DNA from: a virus
Lineage: Duplodnaviria > Caudoviricetes
Strand: one strand, 5' to 3'
Virus record (IMG/VR): IMGVR_UViG_2524023245_000003
Span: 398 to 64,397 of that record
Length of the DNA: 64,000 nt
Under the pieces are notes generated by a model. It saw only the letters and a list, made by a program, of their open reading frames with translations, did no database searches and was not told where the DNA came from. Position numbers and translations under genes: made by a program. Shown here in pieces: positions 9,185 to 19,160 of the stretch. Numbering within the stretch: position 1 is the first letter of the stretch; the number at the start of each line of letters is the position of its first letter.

Positions 9185-11433
9185 CACGCTCCCATCTGGG
9201 TGCCGAAGAAGACGTCTTCCCAGGTGGCGTACCGCTCCGAGACGTGCTGCCAAGTGTCGTGCTCAGAGAGGACGTCCTGCCAGGCGCGGCCGGCGGTGCC
9301 GGCCACCCCCACCGCGGTGGGCATATCGGCCTGCCGCAGCGGCAGCGTCCAGGCACGCCACGGCTCCAGCGCCGTGCCCGCCGTCCGCCCCTCCACCACG
9401 TCACCGACCGTCACATGCAGGCCCTCATCCAGGCCGTAGCCGGGCGCCGCCTGCACCAGGAGGGTGTGGCCCGAGTCCAGCAGCCAGTGCAGCGCCGCGC
9501 GCTGCGCGTCGTCCTGGGTCCACACCGCGAGGTCGCCCTCCAGTCCGCCCCGCACATCCGAGAGGGTCACCGGGTTGCGGCGCCCGCGCACCTGGTACTG
9601 GGCCTGGGCGATAGGCCTCGTCCAGTCGGGGCCCCGCTGCACCAGCACCTTCATGTTGCGGTGCGGCATCCCCGGGTCCTTCAGCCAGACCAGGTTGCCG
9701 TCGCCGGGGTCGATGGTCGCCGTGGCGGTCTGCCAGGTGCTGGTGACCGCGCCGGTGATCGGGTCGTACGCCTCGGCGTAGTAGGACACCGGCACGCCCA
9801 GCGGCGCCTCGTAGTCCTCGACCCTCAGCTCGTCGCCCTCCAGCGGCACCCGGTCCAGCAGCCCGGAGGGGCCGCGCACCAGCGTCCGCTTCCCGTCGGG
9901 CGTGATCCGCCACACGGTGATCAGGTCGCCCGTTGACGCCTCCCGCACCGTCACCGTCATCCGGGCCAGCAGCCCGTCCGGTACCGCCGATGACAGCGGC
10001 AGGACCTGCCGCAGCGACACCGCGTCCACATACAGCGCGGACGCGGCGGCCGTCGCCGTGACCTCGACCTCCAGCCGCGCCGACACCGCCCCCGCAGGCG
10101 GCAGCACGTCATCGGAGATGATCCACCACGAGCCCGTGGTAGGCAGGGTGAAAGTGCCGGTGTCGCCGCCGAGGGACAGCTCCGCCCCGCCCGCGTCGTA
10201 CCACCGAACCAGGAGGTCGACATCCCAGGAGGAGGCGCCCGCCGCGTGCGCCACGAAGATCTCCGCACGCCACGAAAGGCCCTCGGCGATCGGCCCGAAC
10301 TGCTGCGAGCGCAGCACGCTCGCACCGGCCGCCGAAGAGACCCGCATCGCGTAACTCCCCGCGGGCATCACGGCTGCCCACGGGGTGGTGCGGGCCGCCG
10401 TCGCAGCCCCCGAGGCGACCGACCACCCGCCCAGGCCCTGCTCGAAAGAGGCGTCCTCCTCCGGGATCACCGAGCCCGCCTTCAGCGGCGTCGCCGGCTT
10501 GATGACGACGCCCTCCACGTCCAGCTTCTGTCCGGCTGTCGCCCCGGTCATCCCCACCGCCACCTCGCAGGTGGCGGTGCCGACCGGGGAGATGCCCGAC
10601 ACCCGCTGCCGGTAGAAGCCGGTACCCGGAGGTGCCAGCACGCCGCGCTTGCTCAGCAGCAGCACCCCGCCCGCGTCGTAGAAGCGCAGCTCCACCCACG
10701 GCACGCTCACCGCCGTCGGTGGGCCCAGGTAGGCGTAGCCCTGGTAGTCGACATCCGGTGAGGCGATCACCCGCTCCGTGCACCGCATCACCGCATCACC
10801 GGCCGCCACTGCGGTGAGCGTCATCAGATGGCCGCCGGAGAGGTACCAGTCCACCGGCCACGACCGGACCGGAACCCTGCGGGTGACCGCGGCGTTGGTC
10901 TCCGCCTCCCACCCGGTGGTGTCCAGCTCCCCGCCGGACTCCACCTGAAACGGCAACAGGTTGCCCTGCGTGCGGATCGGCAGGCCCAGGTAGATGTTCT
11001 CCCAGTAGTGGACCGCTGGCGCGGCCGTGGTGCTGGAAAGAAGCAGGCGGGCGCGGGAGGCACCCGCCGGGCACACCCCGGCCACCGACACGCGGTGCCA
11101 CGTCGCGGACGCTGCTGTCGTTGTCATCGACCAGGTGATTGTGCCGACCGCCGCCAGCGACTCGTCCAGCCACTCGATGCCGATCCGCTCCGGCTGAGCA
11201 GCGCTGGAGGTGTCGGCGAAGGCGAAGTACACCTCTCCCGCCACCACGGGGTAGGCGGTGACCGTCTCCGCCTGCATCTCGCCCGCGGCGACGGACACCA
11301 GACCCAGCACGCCCGGACCGTTCCGCCCCCCAGCGCCCAGCGAGATCGTGCAGTTCAGGCGGACCCTCCACCCGCTCGTGTTCGGGTCGACCTGCTCCGT
11401 CGTGGGGGCCAGAAAATTCCCGGGGATCGCCAC
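9184..11433 (-). CDS. Distal tail protein with repeated carbohydrate-binding-like domains
   Basis: Three related ~170-aa beta-rich repeats then DYEAPLGVPVSY domain; follows tape measure. Confidence 0.8.
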   Translation of the reverse strand: MAIPGNFLAPTTEQVDPNTSGWRVRLNCTISLGAGGRNGPGVLGLVSVAAGEMQAETVTAYPVVAGEVYFAFADTSSAAQPERIGIEWLDESLAAVGTITWSMTTTAASATWHRVSVAGVCPAGASRARLLLSSTTAAPAVHYWENIYLGLPIRTQGNLLPFQVESGGELDTTGWEAETNAAVTRRVPVRSWPVDWYLSGGHLMTLTAVAAGDAVMRCTERVIASPDVDYQGYAYLGPPTAVSVPWVELRFYDAGGVLLLSKRGVLAPPGTGFYRQRVSGISPVGTATCEVAVGMTGATAGQKLDVEGVVIKPATPLKAGSVIPEEDASFEQGLGGWSVASGAATAARTTPWAAVMPAGSYAMRVSSAAGASVLRSQQFGPIAEGLSWRAEIFVAHAAGASSWDVDLLVRWYDAGGAELSLGGDTGTFTLPTTGSWWIISDDVLPPAGAVSARLEVEVTATAAASALYVDAVSLRQVLPLSSAVPDGLLARMTVTVREASTGDLITVWRITPDGKRTLVRGPSGLLDRVPLEGDELRVEDYEAPLGVPVSYYAEAYDPITGAVTSTWQTATATIDPGDGNLVWLKDPGMPHRNMKVLVQRGPDWTRPIAQAQYQVRGRRNPVTLSDVRGGLEGDLAVWTQDDAQRAALHWLLDSGHTLLVQAAPGYGLDEGLHVTVGDVVEGRTAGTALEPWRAWTLPLRQADMPTAVGVAGTAGRAWQDVLSEHDTWQHVSERYATWEDVFFGTQMGA

Positions 11434-11437
11434 CGCG

Positions 11438-14400
11438 TCACCTCCTTCCCGCGCGGAGCGCCGTCGCCAGCTGCTGCTCGCTGGTGCGCACCTCGGTGCG
11501 GACGATGTCGGTGATCTCGCGGTCGCCGACGTAGACGGCGACGTGCAGGTCACCGAGTGACGCGGCCCCGTCTGATCCGCGCGCAGCCGCACCCGTCAGC
11601 GCGGACATCTGCTGCCTCGTCAGCACGGGCTCGGGGCGGCCGGTGCCGTTGTAGACCGTGGACAGGCCCGGAGGGAGGTAGCCGCCGGAGTCGTAGCCGC
11701 CGGGCCGCGACATGCGCGCCGCCCAGCCCTTGCCGTACCGGGAGCGGGCGTACCTGATCCCGGCGTAGATGTTGGCGTACGGGTCATACGCACCGCGGCT
11801 CTTGTACCGCCCCGCGTACGCGTTGAAAGTGGGGTCGATCGTCTGGATCAGACCCTTCGACGGGGTGCCCCGATCCGCGTTGGAGTCCCACAAGTTGATC
11901 GCGCGCGGGTTGCCTCCGGACTCCTTCGCGATGGTGCGGAGCACGGCGTCGAGGTTGTATTTCGAGTAGATGCCCAGCTCGCGCAGCACCGCCGAGGCGA
12001 CGCCGCGCCAGCGTCCGGCGCCCTTCCCGGAGCCGCCCCCGCCGCCCGTCAGGTACGGCATCGGGTCGGTCGGCTTCCCGTGCCTCCGGGCTTCCAGGTG
12101 CAGGTGGGGGCCGGAGGTGTTGCCGGAGGCGCCGACCTTGCCGATGGTCTGCCCCCGGTCCACCGCACCGGACTTGAGCGCCATGGAGGAGAGGTGCGCG
12201 TACAGGCTGGACAGGCCGCCGCCGTGGTCGATCGCAATGTGCTGCCCGTAAGGGCCCCCGTTGCGCGCCGCCGCGACGCTGCCCTTGTCGACCGCGCGCA
12301 CCGTCTTCCCCGTCGGCGCCGGGAAGTCCAGGCCGGTGTGCCGACCGGAGGACCACATGGCGCCGCGCGCGCCGAAGCGTGTGCCGTACTTGGCGTCCAC
12401 CGGCTTGGCCCACTGCCCGGACCCCATCTGCGAGTCCTCGGACCCCTTGATCGCGTTCAGGGCCTCGTCCAGCAGGCCCTTCGGCAGCGCCGTCGCGAGC
12501 TTCCCGAATCCGGACTTCCCGCCGGGGATCTTCCCGATCAGGTCGCGGATCGGCTTCGCCGCAGCCTTCACCCCGGCATACACGCCGCCGAGGGCCAGAT
12601 CCTTCAACTTCCCGACAGCGCCCTTGACCTTGCTGACCGCGCCCTTCGCGGCGCCCTTGACGACCCCGGCCGTCCAGTCGATCGGGCCGCCATGCGCGCC
12701 GGTGGGGGCGACAGCGCCGCCCTTGGCGTAGGCGGTGCCGGACCGGCGGGCTGCGGCGCGCATGGACTCCATCGCCGCGTGACCGCCCGCACCCCGCACC
12801 TCCTTCGCCGTCCACACGTGCTCGTTGTGGGACAGCGCGGCGGGAATGGAGTCTGACGTCTCGGTACCCGCCCCGTAGACGGGGCCGCCTGTCGCCCAGC
12901 CATCGACCTTGAACTTGTCCTTGATTGGTTTAATCGGCAGGACCTTGGCGGCGGCATTCCAGAGACCACGAATGCCCTTGTTGTAGACCATGTCGATGAT
13001 CCAGGCGATCGGCTTCTTCGTCAAAGTCTTCAGCTTGTTCCAGGCTTTGCCGATGCCGTCCTTCGCCGTAACGAAAGCATCCTTGACCTTGCCGACGGCC
13101 GTCTTGATGGCGTCGAATTGAGGCTTGATGCCCTTCCGGTACAGCCATTTTGCTTTGTCGGAAATCCAGTTGAAGACCGGGCGGATCACCTTGTTCCACA
13201 GCCAGGAGGCGACAGATCCGATACCCCGGAATGCGGGGGCGAGGGCCTTTTGCCACAGCCACTTTCCCACCGCCGCGAGGAACCGGAGAATCGCTATCCA
13301 CGCGTTGACCTGCGGCCTGATGATCTTCTGCCACAGCCAGGAGGCGACCGCGGCGATCCCCCGGAAGACCGGGGCGAGCACCTTCTGCCACAACCACCTG
13401 CCGACCGCCGCAAGCAGCTGGAACGCGACGACGATCGGGCCGACGACGAGGACCGCCACGATCATCAGCAGCCACTTCGCGACAGTGGCGATGCCCTGGA
13501 AGGCGGGCCAGATCGCTTTCCGCCACAGCCACACGGCGATACCGCCCACGAATTGCAGCGCCGCCCAGATCGCGTCAAGTGCAGGCTTCAGGACGGAATT
13601 CCACGCCCACGACGTGGCTGCGGTGATCCCGTCCCAAGCCGCCTGCACCGCAGTGCGGAACCAACCAAAATTTTTGTACGCGTAGACGACGGAGGCGACG
13701 AGCAGCACGATCAGCGAGATGATCCGCACAATCGGATTCATGTTGATGACCAAATTGAGTAGGACGAGAGAGAGCGTCCACAGTTTGGTTGCGACCCATA
13801 CCAGGTAAAGGAGTTGGAGCAGCCAGGGCAGCGATTCCGAGATGGACGCGATCGCGCGCGCCACACCGCCGAGGATTTGCAGCAGCGGACCCGACAGCGG
13901 CGACAGTGCGCGCGATACTTCGAGTACCGCACTCGCGATGTCCCCGAAAGTGGCCGCGAGTTGTGGCCCCATCTCCGCCGAGTAGGAGAGGAACCCCTCG
14001 AACTCCGGCGATCCCTTCAGGTTGGTGCCCCAGTCGGCGAACCCTCCGGTGATCGACTGCATGCGGGCCGAGATCGAATCCATGTGCGGCAGGAACGCGG
14101 CGATGATGCCGCCGACGCCCTTGCCGATGTTGCCGAGGGCGACACCGAGACCGACGACCGCAGGCCGCACCGACCCGGACAGGTCCTTCTTGAACTCGGC
14201 CCAGCCAGCCGACTTGAAGCCCCTGCTCGCCTTGTCCTGGAGTTCTCCGATGGCCTTCGCGGCCTCCAGGACGAACGGCGTCAGCCCCGGCAGGCTGTTC
14301 CTCATCCCGTTCAGCGCGCGCGTGAAGATCGGCATGACCGCAGGCTGAAGAGCCCTCGACCATGCCGTGAACGCGCTGCGCAGAGACACGAACGCGTCGA

Positions 14401-16708
14401 ACGTGCCCCTCGCCGACGGAGTCAGCTTCGCCAACGCGGCCTGGTACTTGGCCTGCGCGGTCGCCGCAGCGTCCGCACCGCCAGCGGTCCGGATCTGCGC
14501 CGAGCGGACCTGCGCCTCCGCAGCGGCGATACTGTCCGCCGCCGACTGCCGTGCCGCCGCCACCTGCCGCTGAGCCCGCGCCACCGACTGCGCGGCCTGC
14601 TGCTCCGCCGCACCCACCGCCGCCTGAGCGCGCGCCACCGAGCGCGCACCCTCCTCCTGAACGCGAGCCACATTCCGCTGCGCGACCGCGACCCTCTCCT
14701 GCGCCGAAGCGATACCCCGCGAATTCGCGACCTGCTGGCGGGCCATCTCCTCCCGCGCCTTGGACAGGCCCGCCTCCTGGGAGGCGACACCGCGCTGCGC
14801 CGCGACCAGCCGCTCCTGCGCGGACCGCACCCGCTCCGTGCCGTCCACGCCGGACTTGTCGGCGGCGCGCTTGTCCGCGGCGAGGCGCTTCGTGTCCAAC
14901 TGCTGCTCGCGCAGGCGTTGGACCGCCTGGTCATACGCCAGCTGCGCGCGCTGCTGCTCCAGCAGCGTCGCCTTAGACCCGGCCACCTGCGTGGCGCGCA
15001 GCCGCGCCTGCGCCTCCTGCACGGACAGCGTCGCGTCCCGCTCGGACAGCTGCGCACCGGCGAGCCGAAGCGACAGATCCTGAAGCTCCGCCGCCGCATC
15101 CCGGCGGGCCTGAGTCAGATCCGTCTGCGCCTGCCGGGCCGTGCGCTGCGCATCCGCCAAGGACTGCTCGGCAGCCTGCACCCGCTCGCCCGCCGCGCGC
15201 ATCCGGTCCGCGGCCTGCTCGTAGGCGCCGGCGAGTGCCTGCCGGGCCGTGCGCACCTGCGCGGCAGCCGCCGTGCTGGCCTGCGCCGCCTGCCGCACCG
15301 CATCGGCCACGCCCTGCTCGGCCTGGGCAACACGCGCCGCACCATCCCGAACGGCGTCCGCGACACCCCGCTGCGCCTGGCCGATCTGCTGCCCCGCATT
15401 ACGGTGCGCCAGCGCCAGCTGCCGCTGCGCACCGGACTGCTGGAGTGCCTGCCGGGCCGCCGCCGCAGCAGCCTGCCCACCCTGGCCAGTCGACTGCGTG
15501 GCGGCGTCCTGCGCGGCCTTCTGCGCTTCCAGGGCCCCGGCGATGTCCTTGATGGCCGGGGCTGCGGCGAGTCCGAGCGCGCCGACGCCCGCCGCTGCGG
15601 CGGTTGCCGCTGCGGCGATCGACCCGATCCCGGCGGCCAGCACCGGTATGGCCGGGATGGCGGCGAGCCCGGCCACCGCGATGGCGAGCTGGAGCACCGC
15701 GCTCCGCGCCTGCCTCGTGGAGACGTTGATCTCGGCTCGCTGCCCGTCAAGGGCGGACACCATCGCCTGCACGGTGGCCAGCTGCGCCATCGCCGCAGCG
15801 GCATCCACACGCACAGCGACGTCCGCGTTAGACGCGGACAGCCGCTCCAGGCGGGCCTGGAGGTCGGCGACCTTGGCGGCGGCTGTTGCGGCGTCCATGT
15901 CGACGCCGATACGGACATCCCGCAGCGCGGTGAGCTGGCTGCGCAGGGATGCGATCTCCGCCTGCGCAGGGCTGGTGTCGGCCCCGATGTTGATGTTGGG
16001 GAGGGCAGCCTCGGCCTGCTGCACCGCGACGCGGAGCCGCTGCCCGAAGGTGCCATCGGTCTCGACCCGCACCCGCGCGGGATCAGCGGAGATGCGGTCG
16101 ATCTCCGCCCGGACGGCAGCCAGCTCAGCGCGGGCCCGCGCAGTGTCCGCGCGGACCGTCACGTCCGGGTGTGACGCGCCGAGCCTGCGCAGCTGCTCCT
16201 CGATCTCCTCGATCTCGGCGCGGGCCTCCGCCGCGTCCAAGTCGACGCCGATCGTGCGGCCGGACAGCGTCTCCATGCGGGCACGGAGCGCCTGAATATC
16301 AGCGTCAGCTTCCGAGGTGTCGGCGCCGATCGTGACGTCCGGCAAAGACCTGAAAGCCGCCTCGATCCGGGCACGGGCGGACCGCGCGAACGCCCCGCCG
16401 GTCTGCTCGCCCTGCCGGGTCGCCGCAGGACGGGCAGTGCGCCCGCCCTGGGTGATGCCGTCCCGCAGAGCGCCCCGGATCTCCGCCGTGATGCGGGCGG
16501 CGATCTGCGAGCCGATCTGCTGCCCGATCTGGAGGCCGATACCGCCGACCTCGGACCGCATCGCCGGGCCGAAGCTGCGGCCGGCGGCGTTGCCCGCGTC
16601 CTCCCCGGCGCGGGTCGCCGCCGGAACCAGCGCGCCCCGCAGCTGGGTGTAGATGCCGCGGGTGTTCGGGACGACATCGACCTCGACGCTGCCGACACTG
16701 ATCGCCAC
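11438..16708 (-). CDS. Tape measure protein with C-terminal M23 peptidase and lytic transglycosylase domains
   Basis: 1756 aa Ala-rich helical, TM region, HTGLD...YAHL...PHLHLE (M23), ESGGNPRA...GLIQ (SLT). Confidence 0.95.
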   Translation of the reverse strand: MAISVGSVEVDVVPNTRGIYTQLRGALVPAATRAGEDAGNAAGRSFGPAMRSEVGGIGLQIGQQIGSQIAARITAEIRGALRDGITQGGRTARPAATRQGEQTGGAFARSARARIEAAFRSLPDVTIGADTSEADADIQALRARMETLSGRTIGVDLDAAEARAEIEEIEEQLRRLGASHPDVTVRADTARARAELAAVRAEIDRISADPARVRVETDGTFGQRLRVAVQQAEAALPNINIGADTSPAQAEIASLRSQLTALRDVRIGVDMDAATAAAKVADLQARLERLSASNADVAVRVDAAAAMAQLATVQAMVSALDGQRAEINVSTRQARSAVLQLAIAVAGLAAIPAIPVLAAGIGSIAAAATAAAAGVGALGLAAAPAIKDIAGALEAQKAAQDAATQSTGQGGQAAAAAARQALQQSGAQRQLALAHRNAGQQIGQAQRGVADAVRDGAARVAQAEQGVADAVRQAAQASTAAAAQVRTARQALAGAYEQAADRMRAAGERVQAAEQSLADAQRTARQAQTDLTQARRDAAAELQDLSLRLAGAQLSERDATLSVQEAQARLRATQVAGSKATLLEQQRAQLAYDQAVQRLREQQLDTKRLAADKRAADKSGVDGTERVRSAQERLVAAQRGVASQEAGLSKAREEMARQQVANSRGIASAQERVAVAQRNVARVQEEGARSVARAQAAVGAAEQQAAQSVARAQRQVAAARQSAADSIAAAEAQVRSAQIRTAGGADAAATAQAKYQAALAKLTPSARGTFDAFVSLRSAFTAWSRALQPAVMPIFTRALNGMRNSLPGLTPFVLEAAKAIGELQDKASRGFKSAGWAEFKKDLSGSVRPAVVGLGVALGNIGKGVGGIIAAFLPHMDSISARMQSITGGFADWGTNLKGSPEFEGFLSYSAEMGPQLAATFGDIASAVLEVSRALSPLSGPLLQILGGVARAIASISESLPWLLQLLYLVWVATKLWTLSLVLLNLVINMNPIVRIISLIVLLVASVVYAYKNFGWFRTAVQAAWDGITAATSWAWNSVLKPALDAIWAALQFVGGIAVWLWRKAIWPAFQGIATVAKWLLMIVAVLVVGPIVVAFQLLAAVGRWLWQKVLAPVFRGIAAVASWLWQKIIRPQVNAWIAILRFLAAVGKWLWQKALAPAFRGIGSVASWLWNKVIRPVFNWISDKAKWLYRKGIKPQFDAIKTAVGKVKDAFVTAKDGIGKAWNKLKTLTKKPIAWIIDMVYNKGIRGLWNAAAKVLPIKPIKDKFKVDGWATGGPVYGAGTETSDSIPAALSHNEHVWTAKEVRGAGGHAAMESMRAAARRSGTAYAKGGAVAPTGAHGGPIDWTAGVVKGAAKGAVSKVKGAVGKLKDLALGGVYAGVKAAAKPIRDLIGKIPGGKSGFGKLATALPKGLLDEALNAIKGSEDSQMGSGQWAKPVDAKYGTRFGARGAMWSSGRHTGLDFPAPTGKTVRAVDKGSVAAARNGGPYGQHIAIDHGGGLSSLYAHLSSMALKSGAVDRGQTIGKVGASGNTSGPHLHLEARRHGKPTDPMPYLTGGGGGSGKGAGRWRGVASAVLRELGIYSKYNLDAVLRTIAKESGGNPRAINLWDSNADRGTPSKGLIQTIDPTFNAYAGRYKSRGAYDPYANIYAGIRYARSRYGKGWAARMSRPGGYDSGGYLPPGLSTVYNGTGRPEPVLTRQQMSALTGAAARGSDGAASLGDLHVAVYVGDREITDIVRTEVRTSEQQLATALRAGRR

Positions 16709-16736
16709 GAGAGGACCCCCTCTCGCGGTGGAGCGC

Positions 16737-17195
16737 CTATGCGGCGCCCCCGTTGATCAGCCGGAACAGCACCTCGGCGGCGCCGTCGGTCATGGCGGCC
16801 GTCTTCTTCTTCGGCGGCTTCGCACCCGGCCGACGGATCGGCTCCGGCGCTTCCGGCCGCTGGCTCTTCTTCTCGGTGTTGACGCAGATCAGCACGTACT
16901 CCAGGCGGGCGATCCGGTCAGCCATGAGCGCGAGGAGCTGCTCGGTCTGCGACCATCGGCCCCGCTCGGGCTCACCCTGCTCGGACTGCTCCGCCAACTC
17001 CTCGTCCGACATCGAGTTGCGGAGCGCGGTCATCGTGTGGGACTCGGGCGGCAGATGCTGGATCAGCACCCGCAGCCTGCGCCACGTCATGAGCCCTCGG
17101 TGCACATCAAGGACGTCGTGCCCGCGGTCGAGGAGGTCGGCCTCTACCGCCTCCGCGTGCTCCTCGAGGACCCGCGCGGTCCACTGGATTTCCCC
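16737..17195 (-). CDS. Tail assembly chaperone, -1 frameshift extension (gpGT-like)
   Basis: Slip at GGGGAAA opens EIQWTARVLEEHAEAVEADLL...WRRLRVLIQHLPPES, running to stop at 16737. Confidence 0.85.
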   Translation of the reverse strand, partial: GEIQWTARVLEEHAEAVEADLLDRGHDVLDVHRGLMTWRRLRVLIQHLPPESHTMTALRNSMSDEELAEQSEQGEPERGRWSQTEQLLALMADRIARLEYVLICVNTEKKSQRPEAPEPIRRPGAKPPKKKTAAMTDGAAEVLFRLINGGAA

Positions 17196-17500
17196 AGGGC
17201 CTCCCCGGACTTCTGCGCGACGTCCCCGGCAAACTTGCCGAACGAGTCCATGTCAGGGTCGAGATCCTCGAAGATCTCGTAGTCGTCCTCATGCAGGCTG
17301 GCCCGCATGAACGCGTCGATGTCGCCGTTGTTGAGTGCGCGGATTGTCGAGGAGCGCCAGCGGCCGGACGGGACGCAGCGGACATCCTTGGTGACCCCGT
17401 CATACCCCGCCAGCGGCACGGTGACGTACTCGACATCCTCCGCCTCCGCCTCCTGCGCTTCGGCGGCGGCTTCGGCGAGGGCTTTCTTCGTGGTGGGCAT
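17144..17500 (-). CDS. Tail assembly chaperone (gpG-like); alternative in-frame upstream start at 17680
   Basis: AGGAGG RBS, ends ALGKSSG...; between major tail and tape measure genes. Confidence 0.88.
   Translation of the reverse strand: MPTTKKALAEAAAEAQEAEAEDVEYVTVPLAGYDGVTKDVRCVPSGRWRSSTIRALNNGDIDAFMRASLHEDDYEIFEDLDPDMDSFGKFAGDVAQKSGEALGKSSGPRGSSRSTRRR
17189..17195 (-). other. Programmed -1 ribosomal frameshift slippery site G GGG AAA
   Basis: CTG GGG AAA TCC in chaperone frame; -1 frame is open into the downstream ORF. Confidence 0.85.
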
Positions 17501-17760
17501 GGCGCGGGCCTCCTGATGGCATTCGCATGAGCAGTAGAGGATGTAGTCGGAAGTGGTGAGCCAGGTACAGCCGCGGTGCAGGCCGTCGGCGCACATGCCG
17601 CTGAGGGCCTTGTGGCTTTGGAATTGAGTGCTGTTGATCAGGTCCGCGAGGAAGTCCTCGTCGGACATGTGTCTGCCCATGGCGCGGGCCTCCTTGTGGC
17701 GCGGGACTTGGTTGTGCAGGTGGCGGGCCGGGCCCGCGCCAGGGACGGCCCGCCACCCGT

Positions 17761-18345
17761 TCAGGACGCCGGTTCGGCGGGCGTGGCAGGTACGGAGTCG
17801 GCGTGGTAGACGGTGTTTCCGGCCTCGTCGGGGTAGGCGGTGACTGTGATCTCGTAGCCGGACATTTCGTCCTGCTTGAACGTCACGTCGGACCGGTCGG
17901 ACACCTCGCCCTGGGGGACGTAGAAGCCCTTCGCGGTCTCCCCGTCCATCACCAGGAACCACCAGGCGCGGCGGTCCGGGACCGGCGATGCGGTCTCCGC
18001 GAAGCTCGTGAGGCCGCCGACGGGCTCCAGGTCAGCGGCGGGCAGCCGGTACATGACGGACTGGACGGCGACGCGGGAGGTCTCCCACAGGGTCACCCCG
18101 AACGTCCGCACCGACTTGGTGATCATCGTGCGGAAAGGAGAGGTCAGACCCCACGGAGTGAACTCCTCGGAGTCCTCATCGAAGCCATAGACGAGCCCGT
18201 CGTCCGACGTCGCGCCGAGCGGCTCCCACGGAGTCAGAGGTTGAGTGAGCGGCGTCGCGGGCGCGGCCGTTCCGGTGGGCGCGACCCATCCGCCGCCGTT
18301 CGCGCCGACGACCGTAAGGTCCGAGGCGCGCGTGATGTTGACCAT
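17761..18345 (-). CDS. Major tail (tube) protein
   Basis: WEPLGATSDDGL...TPWG...YEITVTAYPD; synteny. Confidence 0.92.
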   Translation of the reverse strand: MVNITRASDLTVVGANGGGWVAPTGTAAPATPLTQPLTPWEPLGATSDDGLVYGFDEDSEEFTPWGLTSPFRTMITKSVRTFGVTLWETSRVAVQSVMYRLPAADLEPVGGLTSFAETASPVPDRRAWWFLVMDGETAKGFYVPQGEVSDRSDVTFKQDEMSGYEITVTAYPDEAGNTVYHADSVPATPAEPAS

Positions 18346-18420
18346 GAGGTCTCCCAACATGCAGAAACCCCAGCTCAGGGCTGGGGTTCAGGGGTTACAG
18401 GACCGGCGCGGGCCTGCCGG

Positions 18421-18819
18421 TCAGGAGACCGGGTGTGCGTAGATCTGATACGTCGCGCCCACACGGCGGAGGGCGGTGTTCTCGTAGGGCCTGGAGCTGG
18501 GGGCGGAGATGGTGACCACGCGGCCGACGACCGCCGTGTCCGTTGCGGAGCCCCGGAGGTCGGTGAGGAGCCAGCCGCGAACCTGCGCGGCCAGCGCGAC
18601 CGCCTCGCCGCGGGTCGCGGCGTACACGTCGACGTCGACCAGCGCGGCATCGAGTCGCAGCCCGTCATCGGCGCCGCCCACCCGCTCCACCTGAATCGTC
18701 GGCAGCTCGTCCACCAGGTTGTTGTCCAGCTCGTCACGGACCACGACCGACAGACCAGCGCGGGCCTGGAGCCAGCCGATCAGCAGCACCTCGACATCCA
18801 CCGAGCCGACGGCCGCCAT
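18421..18819 (-). CDS. Tail terminator protein
   Basis: LPTIQVERVGG...VDVDVYA motif; synteny. Confidence 0.85.
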   Translation of the reverse strand: MAAVGSVDVEVLLIGWLQARAGLSVVVRDELDNNLVDELPTIQVERVGGADDGLRLDAALVDVDVYAATRGEAVALAAQVRGWLLTDLRGSATDTAVVGRVVTISAPSSRPYENTALRRVGATYQIYAHPVS

Positions 18820-19151
18820 CAGTTCCGGCCCCCCACCTGGGCGGCGCGCAGCAGCACATGATGCGCAGGGACGCGCTCCGTGCCGTACTCCACCCACCGG
18901 GCGTACGCCGCCGAGTTGGACACGTACGCGACCGCCCGGTCCCGGTTCCTGCCGCCCCGCCGCGTCGACGTGACGTGCCAGGAGGACCGGTACAGGCCCG
19001 GGTGCGGGTCCCACGCCGCCGTACCCGTCGGCGAGGTAGACACCGCGACACCTCGAATGACGTGGGCGCGGCGCAGCATCTCCGCCTCCACCATCGGAGA
19101 CCGCAGCAGCTGGCCGACGCCTCTGCTCGACATCCTGAACTTCGCTGGCAT
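18819..19151 (-). CDS. HK97 gp10-like neck protein
   Basis: GLYRSSW...YARWVEYGT...HHVLLRAA. Confidence 0.85.
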   Translation of the reverse strand: MPAKFRMSSRGVGQLLRSPMVEAEMLRRAHVIRGVAVSTSPTGTAAWDPHPGLYRSSWHVTSTRRGGRNRDRAVAYVSNSAAYARWVEYGTERVPAHHVLLRAAQVGGRN

Positions 19152-19160
19152 AGCCGCCTC

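Noticed and set aside
6864-11433. Diversity-generating retroelement or invertible tail-fibre switch
   Set aside because: No reverse transcriptase or invertase, and no template/variable repeat pair seen
13814-16295. Long plus-strand ORFs (786 aa, 348 aa) opposite the tape measure, and many similar ORFs across the window
   Set aside because: Antisense shadows of high-GC coding sequence; Arg/Pro/Ala-rich, with no RBS or motifs
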